A DNA stretch of 64,000 bases from Bacillota bacterium (GTDB lineage Bacteria; Bacillota; Proteinivoracia; UBA4975; VEMY01): positions 64,976-128,975 of the forward strand of contig VEMY01000021.1 in the NCBI GenBank assembly GCA_009711825.1, given 5' to 3'. Positions 55,469 through 64,000 of this stretch are shown in pieces; position 1 is the stretch's first letter; every line of letters starts with the position of its first letter. A program made the translations under genes and the position numbers. Under the pieces are notes generated by a model. It ran no database searches. It had not been told where the DNA came from and worked only from the letters and a program-made list of their open reading frames with translations.

Positions 55469-57046
55469 ATGGCATCAAACGTAAGAATAATACCGGCCAC
55501 GATTCGCCAAAATTCTGCCAATGGTACACATTTGAATGCTAAACGAAGAACGGCAGCCTACGCCAGAGTTTCCACCGACAGTGAAGAACAATTGACCAGT
55601 TACGAAGCGCAGGTGGATTACTATACCAAATACATTAAGGAACGGGCGGACTGGGAGTTTGTTAAGGTCTATACAGATGAGGGCATCAGCGCAACAAATA
55701 CAAAGAAACGTGACGGCTTTAAGCAGATGATTGCCGATGCTCTTGACGGCAAGATTGATCTCATCATCACCAAAAGCGTATCCCGCTTCGCCAGAAACAC
55801 AGTGGACAGCCTGGTAACAGTGCGCCAGCTTAAGGAAAAAGGCGTAGAGGTCTATTTTGAAAAGGAAAACATATATACGCTGGACAGCAAAGGGGAGCTT
55901 CTCATTACAATAATGTCCAGTCTTGCACAGGAGGAAAGCCGTTCCATATCCGAGAACGTCACATGGGGGCAGCGTAAGCGCATGGCAGATGGGAAGGTAA
56001 GCCTTCCATACGGTCAATTCCTCGGTTATGAAAAGGGCGAGGATGGCCTGCCGAAAATTGTCGAATCTGAAGCCGAGATTGTGCGGATGATATTCCGTCT
56101 GTTCATAGAAGGGAAAACCCCATCGGCAATTGCCAAACACCTTGCCAGCCAGGGCATTCCGTCGCCTGCAGGAAAAAAGACATGGCAGGTTGCTACGGTG
56201 AAAAGTATTCTGACCAACGAGAAATATAAAGGGGATGCGCTTTTGCAGAAGGGCTTCACGGTGGATTTCTTGACAAAGAAGCGAAAGGTCAATGAGGGCG
56301 AGGTTCCCCAGTACTATGTACAGAACAGCCATCCTGCCATTATCGAGCCTGAAGAATTCGATGCGGTTCAGGCTGAGATTGAGCGGCGAAAAAGTCTCGG
56401 CAGACCATCCGGCTGCAACAGCCCTTTCTCAGCGAAAATTGTGTGTGGCGACTGCGGTGGTTTTTACGGCTCCAAGGTATGGGGTTCCAATACAAAATAC
56501 CGTCGGGTAATCTGGCGGTGCAATGAAAAGTATAAGGGTGATAAAAAGTGTAAAACACCCCATGTAACCGAGGATGATGTGAAACAGCGTTTTCTTACAG
56601 CGTTTAACAGGTTGATGGGGTGCCGGGATGAACTAATTGCCAACTGCCATCTCTCCCAGAATATCCTTTGTGACTGCTCGGAGATTGAAGCCGAAATTAA
56701 GGAACTTAGGCGGGAAATTGAAGTGGTCTCCGAACTTTGCAAAAAGGCAATCTATGAAAACGCTCGCGTCACTATGAATCAAGATGAGTGGAGTGAGCGC
56801 AACAACAGCTATCTGGAGCGGCATCGCAAGGCTACGGAGCGGGTTGCTGAACTGGAAAAACTGAAGAGTGAGCGCCAGAATAAATATCTGATGCTTGAAA
56901 CCTTTATCAAGGGCATTGAATCAAGCCCGATGGTATTAGGGGAATTCGATAATAAGCTCTGGGCGGTGGCGGTTGAGAAGGTTAAGGTAATGCCGGATGG
57001 CAGGGTGGTGTTCAGTTTTAAGGATGGTACACAGATAGAGGAATAA
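55469..57046 (+). CDS. Large serine recombinase 2
   Basis: 525 aa from the ATG at 55469. AAYARVSTDSEEQLTSYEAQ, zinc ribbon CGDCGGFY...CNEKY, C-terminal coiled coil. Confidence 0.9.
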   Translation: MASNVRIIPATIRQNSANGTHLNAKRRTAAYARVSTDSEEQLTSYEAQVDYYTKYIKERADWEFVKVYTDEGISATNTKKRDGFKQMIADALDGKIDLIITKSVSRFARNTVDSLVTVRQLKEKGVEVYFEKENIYTLDSKGELLITIMSSLAQEESRSISENVTWGQRKRMADGKVSLPYGQFLGYEKGEDGLPKIVESEAEIVRMIFRLFIEGKTPSAIAKHLASQGIPSPAGKKTWQVATVKSILTNEKYKGDALLQKGFTVDFLTKKRKVNEGEVPQYYVQNSHPAIIEPEEFDAVQAEIERRKSLGRPSGCNSPFSAKIVCGDCGGFYGSKVWGSNTKYRRVIWRCNEKYKGDKKCKTPHVTEDDVKQRFLTAFNRLMGCRDELIANCHLSQNILCDCSEIEAEIKELRREIEVVSELCKKAIYENARVTMNQDEWSERNNSYLERHRKATERVAELEKLKSERQNKYLMLETFIKGIESSPMVLGEFDNKLWAVAVEKVKVMPDGRVVFSFKDGTQIEE

Positions 57047-57051
57047 TACAA

Positions 57052-57091
57052 AACAGCCCACAGTAGGTGTTTTCCCCTATTGTAGGCTGTT
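57052..57091. other. Imperfect 16-bp inverted repeat AACAGCCCACAGTAGG-tgttttcc-CCTATTGTAGGCTGTT, 5 bp after the recombinase 2 stop codon; candidate attR/crossover site or terminator
   Basis: 14 of 16 positions pair. Lies at the sharp composition shift between phage and host DNA. Confidence 0.4.
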
Positions 57092-57237
57092 GTTGACACT
57101 TACTGGAAGGGTATTTTTGCGCTATTCTTTCTTCCAATAGCAGAATTATTTCGGCAAAAAAGGGTATAATGCTCTATAATGAGGGAATTATTATACTTTA
57201 TGAGCTTCCCCTTGGAAGAATTGAAGGAAGTGTAATC

Positions 57238-58998
57238 ATGCCAAATTTGCTTACAAAAATAGTGGGTTTTTTGAAATACAGCAGACCAAATAATGAAGAA
57301 GGTTTTGAATTACTGGAAGACAAGTATGAACAGGGGAAGACCACGCAGATGGATTCCTCTGAATATGAGGATGATAAAAGCCAAAATCAACAAAAGGATA
57401 ATACACATTCTAAATCAACAAAAATAAGAAAACCAATAAAAGTGGAAGATTGGAAGTCTAAGCAGAACAGTAATGCCAAAGGCAAGTCTTCCATTCAACC
57501 CCCTTCTGTTTCTAATGTTTTTAAGGATGTAGCAACTAACAAGCAGTATATTGAAGAGATCTTTAGTATGCCCAGGAATCAGGATGTGGTTATCAGGGAG
57601 TTTAAAATTGCTAGAAAAACAAAAGCCTTTTTGGTCTTTGTGGACGGTATGGTGGATAAAACTTCGGTAAACCAATTCATACTTCCACAATTAATGGACC
57701 CAGATAATTTTGCGGACGCATCTAATAGCTGTCCAATTGATTATATTATAGATAATGTATTATCTATTACGCAGCTTACAAAGGCCTCTGATTTTAATGA
57801 AATAAAGCCTCAAATCTTAAATGGACTGTCGGTCTTGTTTATCGATGAATGCTCGGAAGCGCTAATGATGGAAACCAGGGGATTTGAAAAAAGAAATATT
57901 GATAGGCCTATCGCAGAGCAGGTAGTAAAAGGCTCACAAGAAGGATTTACAGAAAACTTAAGAACAAACATAACGCTGCTGCGAAGAATAATCAAGAATG
58001 AAAAACTTATTACTGAAATTATCCCTACGGGAAAATTGAACAAGGTCAACAGTGCAATATTATACATTGAAGGTATCACCAATCCCAAAATAGTGGAAGA
58101 AGTTCGCCGACGCATTAAAAAGATTGACACAGACTTTATTGCAGGGAGTGGTATGCTTGAGCAATTGATTGAAGATAATTATCTTATGCCCTTTCCGCAG
58201 GTCGTTTCCACTGAAAGACCGGATAGAGCGGCTTCATTCCTGGTAGAGGGACAGGTAGTAATTATTACAGAAGGGGATCCCTTTGCGATGGCTGCTCCTG
58301 TGACTTTTTACAGACTATTTCATACCTCGGAAGACTCAATGCTGAGATGGCAATACGGTACCTTCTTAAGAATTATTCGATTTATTGGGGTTATGTCCGC
58401 TTTGCTCATTCCAGGCTTGTATGTTGCTTTAGTGCTGTATCATCACGAAATGGTACCATCGCCTTTTTTGGAGTCTATTGTAAAATCCAGAGAAGCTGTT
58501 CCCTTTCCAACCATTATTGAACTTTTACTAATGGAACTTGCCTTTGAATTGGTCCGTGAAGGTGGTGTTAGAATACCTGGTGTGATTGGGCAGACATTAG
58601 GTATTGTTGGTGCTTTGATATTGGGTCAGGTAGCAGTCCAGGCAGGTCTTGTTAGTCCAATTCTAATTGTAATCATTGCATTAACAGGCTTAGGCAGTTT
58701 TACCATGCCTAATTTTTCTATGGCGTTGGCCATTCGAATATTACGATTCCTCTTTGTTTTTGCCGCAGGAATAGCAGGCTTTTATGGCATATCCCTTGCG
58801 TTTATTGTAGTTGCAGCTTTGGCTTGTCATATGAAGTCTTTTGGAGTGCCTTTCTTGGCACCCGTTGCACCCAGCGCAAAAATTAACCCCGATACCATCA
58901 TTCGCCAGCCTTTATTCAATCAAAGTATGCGCTCAGATCCCTTTAACACACCCAACCGTAAAAGAAATGACAAGGATAACGGAGGTGATGCTAAATGA
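57238..58998 (+). CDS. Spore germination protein, GerA family (A subunit)
   Basis: ATG at 57238 (Shine-Dalgarno GAAGGAAG). Acidic N-terminal region, conserved GerAA core, C-terminal transmembrane segments. Confidence 0.85.
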   Translation: MPNLLTKIVGFLKYSRPNNEEGFELLEDKYEQGKTTQMDSSEYEDDKSQNQQKDNTHSKSTKIRKPIKVEDWKSKQNSNAKGKSSIQPPSVSNVFKDVATNKQYIEEIFSMPRNQDVVIREFKIARKTKAFLVFVDGMVDKTSVNQFILPQLMDPDNFADASNSCPIDYIIDNVLSITQLTKASDFNEIKPQILNGLSVLFIDECSEALMMETRGFEKRNIDRPIAEQVVKGSQEGFTENLRTNITLLRRIIKNEKLITEIIPTGKLNKVNSAILYIEGITNPKIVEEVRRRIKKIDTDFIAGSGMLEQLIEDNYLMPFPQVVSTERPDRAASFLVEGQVVIITEGDPFAMAAPVTFYRLFHTSEDSMLRWQYGTFLRIIRFIGVMSALLIPGLYVALVLYHHEMVPSPFLESIVKSREAVPFPTIIELLLMELAFELVREGGVRIPGVIGQTLGIVGALILGQVAVQAGLVSPILIVIIALTGLGSFTMPNFSMALAIRILRFLFVFAAGIAGFYGISLAFIVVAALACHMKSFGVPFLAPVAPSAKINPDTIIRQPLFNQSMRSDPFNTPNRKRNDKDNGGDAK

Positions 58999-60092
58999 TA
59001 AAGGATGGTAAGTTTGGAGTCCATGAAACTATCGCTTTGTTAACGATAACGATATCAGCAAAAGTGTTTTTTTCCAGTCCTTCTATAGTCGCAGCGAAAG
59101 TAGGGACGGCTGGCTGGTATATGACACTTATATCTGGATTTGTTGCCTTTTTGGCAACTGTTTTGTTAATCAGGCTTTTGTCGCTATACCCGAATAAAAC
59201 GCTAATGGAGATATACGAAATTGTATATGGAAAAGCAGTTGGTAAAATATTATCCTTTATTTTATTTGCATCAATTCTTGCTACTGTTGCCGCAAACAGC
59301 AGAGAATTTATCGAAATCATGAAGGTATATGATCTTCCGCAGAGTCCTCCGAGTTATCTTTTAATATTATTGTTTTTAGTAGTAGGTGTTTTGGCTTACT
59401 GGGGCCTTGAAACAATAGCGCGGTTTTCGAAGTTGATGGGATTTATTCTGCTATTGGCGTACATTTCAGTTTTGGCTCTGTCTTTAAAATTATATGAAAC
59501 CCATCGTCTCTTTCCTATTCTTGGATATGGGTTGGAAACAACATTTTTGACAGGAATGCAAAGATCCTCAGCCTATGATGAAATCATCATAATCGGGGTG
59601 ATAATTGGTTCACTTCATGGAATCAAGCATGCCAAAAAGGCGGCTTATTTGAGCTTAGCCCTATCTGTTTCTATTATTTCGACAGCCTTGCTTGCGTTTA
59701 CTCTTGCTTTTCCTTATTTTACTGGGGAGGAAATTACTGCTCCAATTTATCTAATGGTCACGCTTATTGAATATGGAGAGTTTATACAAAGAATTGAACC
59801 TATATTCTTTTTCCTTTGGAATTTCAGTACGGTTATTTCTATAGCAGTTTTATTCTATGTTCTGGTTATCCTATACGCTTATATATTTGAGTTGGATGAC
59901 AAAAGACCCATCATTATACCTTTGGGGATTATCGTCATTTTTCTGGCGTTGATTCCTCAAAACATTATCCAAGTTACAGTAGGCATTGTAAATATGATCA
60001 GAAGCTATGGTTGGGCTTTCTATTTTATACCTCCTGTGGTTACGCTTGTGGTAGCGAAAATAACAAAGAGATATGGAGGCAGAACCCAATGA
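58995..60092 (+). CDS. Spore germination protein, GerAB-type permease (APC-like, 10 transmembrane segments)
   Basis: 365-aa polytopic membrane protein, translationally coupled between the A and C subunit genes. Confidence 0.8.
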   Translation: MIKDGKFGVHETIALLTITISAKVFFSSPSIVAAKVGTAGWYMTLISGFVAFLATVLLIRLLSLYPNKTLMEIYEIVYGKAVGKILSFILFASILATVAANSREFIEIMKVYDLPQSPPSYLLILLFLVVGVLAYWGLETIARFSKLMGFILLLAYISVLALSLKLYETHRLFPILGYGLETTFLTGMQRSSAYDEIIIIGVIIGSLHGIKHAKKAAYLSLALSVSIISTALLAFTLAFPYFTGEEITAPIYLMVTLIEYGEFIQRIEPIFFFLWNFSTVISIAVLFYVLVILYAYIFELDDKRPIIIPLGIIVIFLALIPQNIIQVTVGIVNMIRSYGWAFYFIPPVVTLVVAKITKRYGGRTQ

Positions 60093-61348
60093 AAAAAATC
60101 ATTTTAATTATTTTGGTAACAATGCTGATGTTAATTATGACCTCCTGTTATGATGCCAGAGAAATTACTTCCGTTTCGTTTGTACAGATGATTGGAGTTG
60201 AACAAGGTATTTCAGATAAATGGAGAATCACTGTAAAAATAGCATCTATGCAAAACGGAGATGACAGCTCAAGCAAAGGGAGTGAATCATCACAGCAAAC
60301 GCAGACAAAAACAATTACAATCGATGCACCTTCTTTTCATGGAGGGATTAATTTGATTAACGCAAATATGCCGCAAAAACTGGATTTCACCCACGCCAAA
60401 TTGATGGTGATCTCTGAAGATCTTGCACAAAATGGTCTAATAGGTGAATATATAACGCCCCTCATTCGCTTTAGGGAAATAAGACGAACTTTGAATGTTA
60501 TCGTTGTAGAGGGAAGTGCTCAAGAATTCGTCGAGAAGACAGAGGCGTTTACAGGGGGCAGCCCTTCACGGGCCGTTATTTCATTATTGAAGCAAGGAGA
60601 AAATACTGGTTTTTATCCTCGAATCTCCCTGAATGATTTTTATAACGGTATTAAGTCAACTTATAGACAACCTGTCCTTCCTTTAGGCAATGTCCACAAG
60701 GAAGAAAGCTTTAAAGAGGATGGAAGAGCTTTTACCATGGAATTTAGCAATACAGGTGAATTCTTTGCTGGAGACACACCAAGGAAGGGTGGCAATTCTA
60801 TCGAATTGCTTGGCAGTGCTTTGTTTGTAGACGATAAAATGGTTGGTAAGCTAAATGGCCATGAAACAAGAATGATGATGTTAATCAGAGGAGAATTTAA
60901 TAAAGGGATATTCACCATTCAAGACCCTAAATCTCCGGAGTGGATAATACCTATTGATACAAGACTATCAAGGAAGCCTGGCATTAAAGTCTCAATTGAA
61001 AACGGCTTGCCAATAATTAGACTGGAAATCAAAACAGAAGGAGACATATTAGCCATTCAAAGTGGTATTGATTATGGAAACGAAAAAATGATAATTATTG
61101 TTGAACAGGAAATGGTTAAATATTTGGGGGAAGGCATCAATCGTGTTATCCGTAAGTGTCAATCGTTAAATACAGACCCGTTTAACTTTGGCAGATCGGC
61201 GGTAAGGCATTTTTCAACCATTCATGAATGGGAGAATTATAACTGGAATGAAAAATTCAAGGAAGCTAAAGTTGAGGTTAAGATAGATTTTAAAGTCAGG
61301 AGAACCGGTGGACTCTTGAGAACTTCAGATAATATGAGGGATGATTAA
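60089..61348 (+). CDS. Spore germination lipoprotein, GerAC-type
   Basis: ATG at 60089 (ATGA overlap). Signal peptide with lipobox LIMTSC. 419 aa. Confidence 0.8.
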   Translation: MKKIILIILVTMLMLIMTSCYDAREITSVSFVQMIGVEQGISDKWRITVKIASMQNGDDSSSKGSESSQQTQTKTITIDAPSFHGGINLINANMPQKLDFTHAKLMVISEDLAQNGLIGEYITPLIRFREIRRTLNVIVVEGSAQEFVEKTEAFTGGSPSRAVISLLKQGENTGFYPRISLNDFYNGIKSTYRQPVLPLGNVHKEESFKEDGRAFTMEFSNTGEFFAGDTPRKGGNSIELLGSALFVDDKMVGKLNGHETRMMMLIRGEFNKGIFTIQDPKSPEWIIPIDTRLSRKPGIKVSIENGLPIIRLEIKTEGDILAIQSGIDYGNEKMIIIVEQEMVKYLGEGINRVIRKCQSLNTDPFNFGRSAVRHFSTIHEWENYNWNEKFKEAKVEVKIDFKVRRTGGLLRTSDNMRDD

Positions 61349-61352
61349 TCAG

Positions 61353-61517
61353 ATGAATATTTTTATAATGCTACTTATTATCAGTGTTGTAGCTTATACA
61401 TTAAGCTACGCAAAATACAACTGGTCTATCCACAATAGGTTAGGGGCTATAGGTTTGGTACTCTTAACGGTAATTACATTTGTCATGGCAACGTTTATTT
61501 TGTTTGTTTTTGATTAA
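61353..61517 (+). CDS. Small hydrophobic peptide (54 aa, two predicted transmembrane segments)
   Basis: ATG 5 nt after the GerC-type gene stop. MNIFIMLLIISVVAYTLSYAKYNW...LVLLTVITFVMATFILFVFD. Confidence 0.3.
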   Translation: MNIFIMLLIISVVAYTLSYAKYNWSIHNRLGAIGLVLLTVITFVMATFILFVFD

Positions 61518-61639
61518 CAAAGGGATTGAACAACTATGTTTCGGTATGTATGAGAAGATGAATTCAGAAGCCTTAACGTATTCTCACTTACTAAAACGTA
61601 ATTACAAATAATACCAATTAAAAATTCCCCAAAAAACTA

Positions 61640-61667
61640 TTGACATGAATAAAAAAATATGTAAAAT
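61640..61667 (+). promoter_or_regulatory. Sigma-A-type promoter TTGACA-N16-TAAAAT
   Basis: TTGACA at 61640-61645, TAAAAT at 61662-61667, with the CIRCE element 12 nt downstream. Confidence 0.6.
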
Positions 61668-61678
61668 AAATTCTGTAA

Positions 61679-61705
61679 TTAGCACTCACGGGGCGAGAGT
61701 GCTAA
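61679..61705. promoter_or_regulatory. CIRCE operator (HrcA binding site) TTAGCACTC-N9-GAGTGCTAA, perfect match
   Basis: ttagcactc acggggcga gagtgctaa, read directly from the sequence, upstream of hsp20. Confidence 0.9.
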
Positions 61706-61736
61706 CAAACAATAAAATATAAAGGAGTTGTTAATC

Positions 61737-62186
61737 ATGGCTGGATTAGTACCTTTCAACAGAAACAAGTTAAGTGTTAGGCCGACTGGCGGTTTTGAGG
61801 ACTTCTACAACATGCTTGATGACTTTTTTAGCGATAGATGGTTCCCAAGCAGAAGTCTGGCCGCTGATACATTTAAAGTGGATGTTCAGGAACATGAAAA
61901 TGAGTACTGCATCGAAGCTGAAATGCCGGGTGTTAAAAAAGAAGAAATAAACCTTGAATTAAATGAAGGGAAGCTTACTATCTCTGTGAACAGAGAAGAA
62001 GAAGTTGAGGAAAATAAGAAAAACTATATTCACAGGGAAAGACGCATAAGTTCGATGCAACGTGCTGTTTACTTAGCTGATGCTGAATCTGAAGGAATTA
62101 AGGCAAAACTTGAAGATGGTGTACTCAATATCACCATCCCCAAACTAAAGAAAGCCGACAACACAATAAAAATTGATATTCAATAA
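61737..62186 (+). CDS. Small heat-shock protein (Hsp20 / alpha-crystallin family)
   Basis: 149 aa from the ATG at 61737 (Shine-Dalgarno AAAGGAG). Alpha-crystallin domain FKVDVQEHENEYCIEAEMPGVKKEEINLELNEGKLTIS. Confidence 0.9.
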   Translation: MAGLVPFNRNKLSVRPTGGFEDFYNMLDDFFSDRWFPSRSLAADTFKVDVQEHENEYCIEAEMPGVKKEEINLELNEGKLTISVNREEEVEENKKNYIHRERRISSMQRAVYLADAESEGIKAKLEDGVLNITIPKLKKADNTIKIDIQ

Positions 62187-62192
62187 GCAAAG

Positions 62193-62231
62193 AATGCACA
62201 TCGGTTGCCCCGCTGATGTGCATTAAATTTT
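62193..62231 (+). terminator. hsp20 terminator: stem AATGCACATC/GATGTGCATT, loop ggttgccccgct, then aaatttt
   Basis: Perfect 10-bp stem 7 nt after the stop codon. Confidence 0.6.
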
Positions 62232-62279
62232 AGGTTAAGAATGATGTGCTGGTAATCAAAGATTGCACCCGTATTCTAG

Positions 62280-62334
62280 CAATGCACACCCCTTCTTTAA
62301 AATCGTTGAAAGATTGCTATAGGGGTGTGCATTG
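62280..62334. repeat. 13-bp perfect inverted repeat CAATGCACACCCC / GGGGTGTGCATTG enclosing ATCGTTGAAAG; motif pair shared with 12917-12944
   Basis: Read directly from the sequence. The motifs ATCGTTGAAAG and GGGGTGTGCAT both recur at 12.9 kb. Confidence 0.5.
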
Positions 62335-62523
62335 TATCATTTTATAGTAGATTAGCCAAATATAATCTTTGAAATAAAAGTCCTTTAGATAAGGGCTTTT
62401 TGGCGTTTTACAAGAGAATATCAACCCCCCGGTCAAGGTCGAGAGAATAAATTTTGACCGTCCGCCCCGGAAAATGAACCTTTTGGCTGCTGTTTACGTC
62501 TTAGTACAAAGGAGGCAGAAGCC

Positions 62524-62808
62524 ATGAAAAATAAAACGATTGTTGTTTCTCTTGTGTTTTTGCTGCTGATAGGTGGTGCTGTAATTGCTGGTAATCTTAT
62601 GCGTGACCTTACCGGCACAATGACCTATGTCGAGCTTGAGGGCGGCTTCTGGGCAGTGGAGAGCGGCGACGAGCTATATATTCCAACAAACCTAGATGAT
62701 GAGTATATGAAAGAGGGGCTTGTTGTCAGCTTTAAGGTTGTGGAGCGCCCTGACATGGTTGGAATCCATATGTCCGGGACTTACGTCGAGATTATAGATT
62801 CAAAATAA
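62524..62808 (+). CDS. Small secreted protein (signal peptide), hypothetical
   Basis: 94 aa. MKNKTIVVSLVFLLLIGGAVIAG. Shine-Dalgarno GGAGG. Confidence 0.5.
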   Translation: MKNKTIVVSLVFLLLIGGAVIAGNLMRDLTGTMTYVELEGGFWAVESGDELYIPTNLDDEYMKEGLVVSFKVVERPDMVGIHMSGTYVEIIDSK

Positions 62809-62824
62809 CTGGACCCGTTTAAAG

Positions 62825-62860
62825 AAGATAACCTGGGATGGTCCCAGGTTATCTTTTATT
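62825..62860. terminator. Strong hairpin AAGATAACCTGGGA-tgg-TCCCAGGTTATCTT followed by ttatt; probably a bidirectional terminator between convergent genes
   Basis: 14-bp perfect stem. Confidence 0.7.
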
Positions 62861-63632
62861 CAGCTTTGAACGAAATCAGCTCTCTATTGTTGTTGGCAAA
62901 GGGGGGCGTGCCTAGCTCCGTTGAGCCGCTCAGGTCTAGATCTTCACTCTCAAAGATTAAGCGTATTGCCGTGGCCGTCATCAGGTCTGCTCGGTCTTGG
63001 TCGGAGTTAACATCTCCATCTTTGAGCCGCTCATAAGCCACATCAATCGATACTTTCCCCCGGGCTGAAATCGTAAAGTTATCAGAGATATTACTGGACC
63101 AGGTTTCGTTCTGCTCTTTGGTTTTCATCGAACCTGATGTTTGGGCCTTGTAACTAAAGGTGCCCTCACCGGCCAGAATCGGAATCTGCCTTTTCCCGTC
63201 GGAAGAAGTTACCAGCTTGTTCTCGGTCAATTGCAGGTCAATAGTCAGTTCTTCGATCTCGTAAGCAGCCTGGGAGGTCCCGGCGGGAGTTCCAGGCCAG
63301 TCTAAGCTTTCGGACCAGGTACTGCCGCTCACCGAAACCTGAAGTTTTCCGTCAGAAGAGATTTCTAGCGGCGATAAATGCGCCAGTGCATGTTCAACCG
63401 GAAAACTAAACGGGGCGTACGGGTGGAGAAACTCAACTTCCGCGGCGATGCTTCGCTCAACAACTTCTTGCGGGGTGCGCAGGGTATGGAGGGCGTCCAT
63501 TTTGGTGCCCTGACCAAAGCTGTCGGCCCGGTGGGAGCCCATCAAATCCAAGCATCCGGGGATAAAAAGAAGTGTTAGCAAAGTGCAAATGAGGATCATG
63601 TGGAATTTTTTCACCGAGCTCACTCCCGCCAT
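62856..63632 (-). CDS. Hypothetical lipoprotein
   Basis: 258 aa. Lipobox LLFIPGC. An alternative start at 63599 is possible. Confidence 0.5.
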   Translation of the reverse strand: MAGVSSVKKFHMILICTLLTLLFIPGCLDLMGSHRADSFGQGTKMDALHTLRTPQEVVERSIAAEVEFLHPYAPFSFPVEHALAHLSPLEISSDGKLQVSVSGSTWSESLDWPGTPAGTSQAAYEIEELTIDLQLTENKLVTSSDGKRQIPILAGEGTFSYKAQTSGSMKTKEQNETWSSNISDNFTISARGKVSIDVAYERLKDGDVNSDQDRADLMTATAIRLIFESEDLDLSGSTELGTPPFANNNRELISFKAE

Positions 63633-63958
63633 TCGTAATTGTAGCGGAAGCCGTAATCATTACCGAGAATTATACGAACTGCCTTTTTGTCGCCAGGTTT
63701 GCCTTCGGGGATGACTTTTTCGCTGCTCATCGTCCCCTGGAAACTGTCTGCTATTGCTGTTTCCCCTTGCGGGCTAACTAATCTGATGACACTCGATGTT
63801 GCACGGGATGGTTCCAGGTCGCCATTATCGAAGGACGCGGCCAGGCGGGAAATACCCCATCCTTCCACCGTTCTGTTCACTGTCAGGGTGGCTCGTGCAC
63901 CGGGAGCAAGATAACTGGCGGGATCCGTCCAGGTTACGTGAAAGGTGCCGGCGTGCAA
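63620..63958 (-). CDS. Hypothetical protein (start uncertain)
   Basis: ORF of at least 112 aa, convergent organisation with the lipoprotein gene. Confidence 0.35.
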   Translation of the reverse strand: MHAGTFHVTWTDPASYLAPGARATLTVNRTVEGWGISRLAASFDNGDLEPSRATSSVIRLVSPQGETAIADSFQGTMSSEKVIPEGKPGDKKAVRIILGNDYGFRYNYEWRE

Positions 63959-64000
63959 GGTTTTTCCGTTTTTGTCGGATCGCTTTATTGAGTAGGAGAA

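Larger units (their letters stand above)
19800..57091. mobile_element. Prophage B (siphovirus-like, serine-recombinase integrated). The left boundary is uncertain and may extend to about 12.8 kb if the restriction-modification unit is phage cargo
   Basis: Complete immunity, replication, packaging, head, tail, lysis and recombinase gene order. Host ger operon lies to the right. Confidence 0.7.

Noticed and set aside
55475-56332. 285-aa minus-strand ORF
   Set aside because: Antisense within serine recombinase 2, where the plus-strand frame has clear recombinase motifs.
57105-57185. Assignment of a specific sigma-G or sigma-A promoter for the ger operon
   Set aside because: Several TATAAT-like hexamers are present (57165, 57177), but no convincing -35 element at proper spacing. 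The region is too AT-rich to call by eye.

Overview
This 64-kb window is mostly mobile DNA sitting next to host genes of a spore-forming Firmicutes chromosome. There are four parts. (1) Positions 1 to about 12.8 kb hold the right arm of a prophage-like element, called A here. It has a minus-strand replication module (VRR-NUC partial, a CGTCYAC iteron array, VirE/P4-type primase, family-A DNA polymerase, SSB-like protein, Cas4-like PD-(D/E)XK nuclease), a run of small early genes (several zinc-ribbon proteins), a Cro/CI-XRE + ImmA switch and a large serine integrase. (2) Positions 13.1 to 19.8 kb form a self-contained transcription unit: a sigma-A promoter, a Phd/YefM-like small gene, type I restriction-modification genes hsdM-hsdS-hsdR, and a terminator. 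(3) Positions 19.8 to about 57.1 kb hold a complete siphovirus-like prophage, called B here. It has XRE/ImmA immunity with a 13-bp inverted-repeat operator pair, a sigma-like regulator, and a diverged second copy of the same replication module with an inserted antirepressor and a DUF4406 gene. It continues with an SNF2 helicase, HNH/terS/ParB-methylase/terL packaging genes, an HK97-type head, tail genes (tape measure, Dit, Tal, a GH18-like enzyme), a holin-amidase lysis cassette and two tandem large serine recombinases at the right edge. (4) Positions 57.2 to 64 kb are host genes: a gerA-type germinant receptor operon (A/B/C), a CIRCE/HrcA-controlled hsp20, and small secreted proteins and lipoproteins. 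The most unusual signals are four. First, a conserved ~65-nt intergenic element with a hairpin that occludes the Shine-Dalgarno sequence occurs three times in prophage B, each time directly 5' of a gene. Second, two related but diverged replication modules lie head-to-head around a restriction-modification island. Third, the putative origins differ between the modules: iterons in A, TGGGCAC repeats plus a palindrome in B. Fourth, short motifs are shared between the A/restriction-modification junction and host DNA 5 kb beyond prophage B. I found no CRISPR array, IS element, rRNA gene or tRNA gene. All domain and family assignments are made by eye from the translations and motifs.
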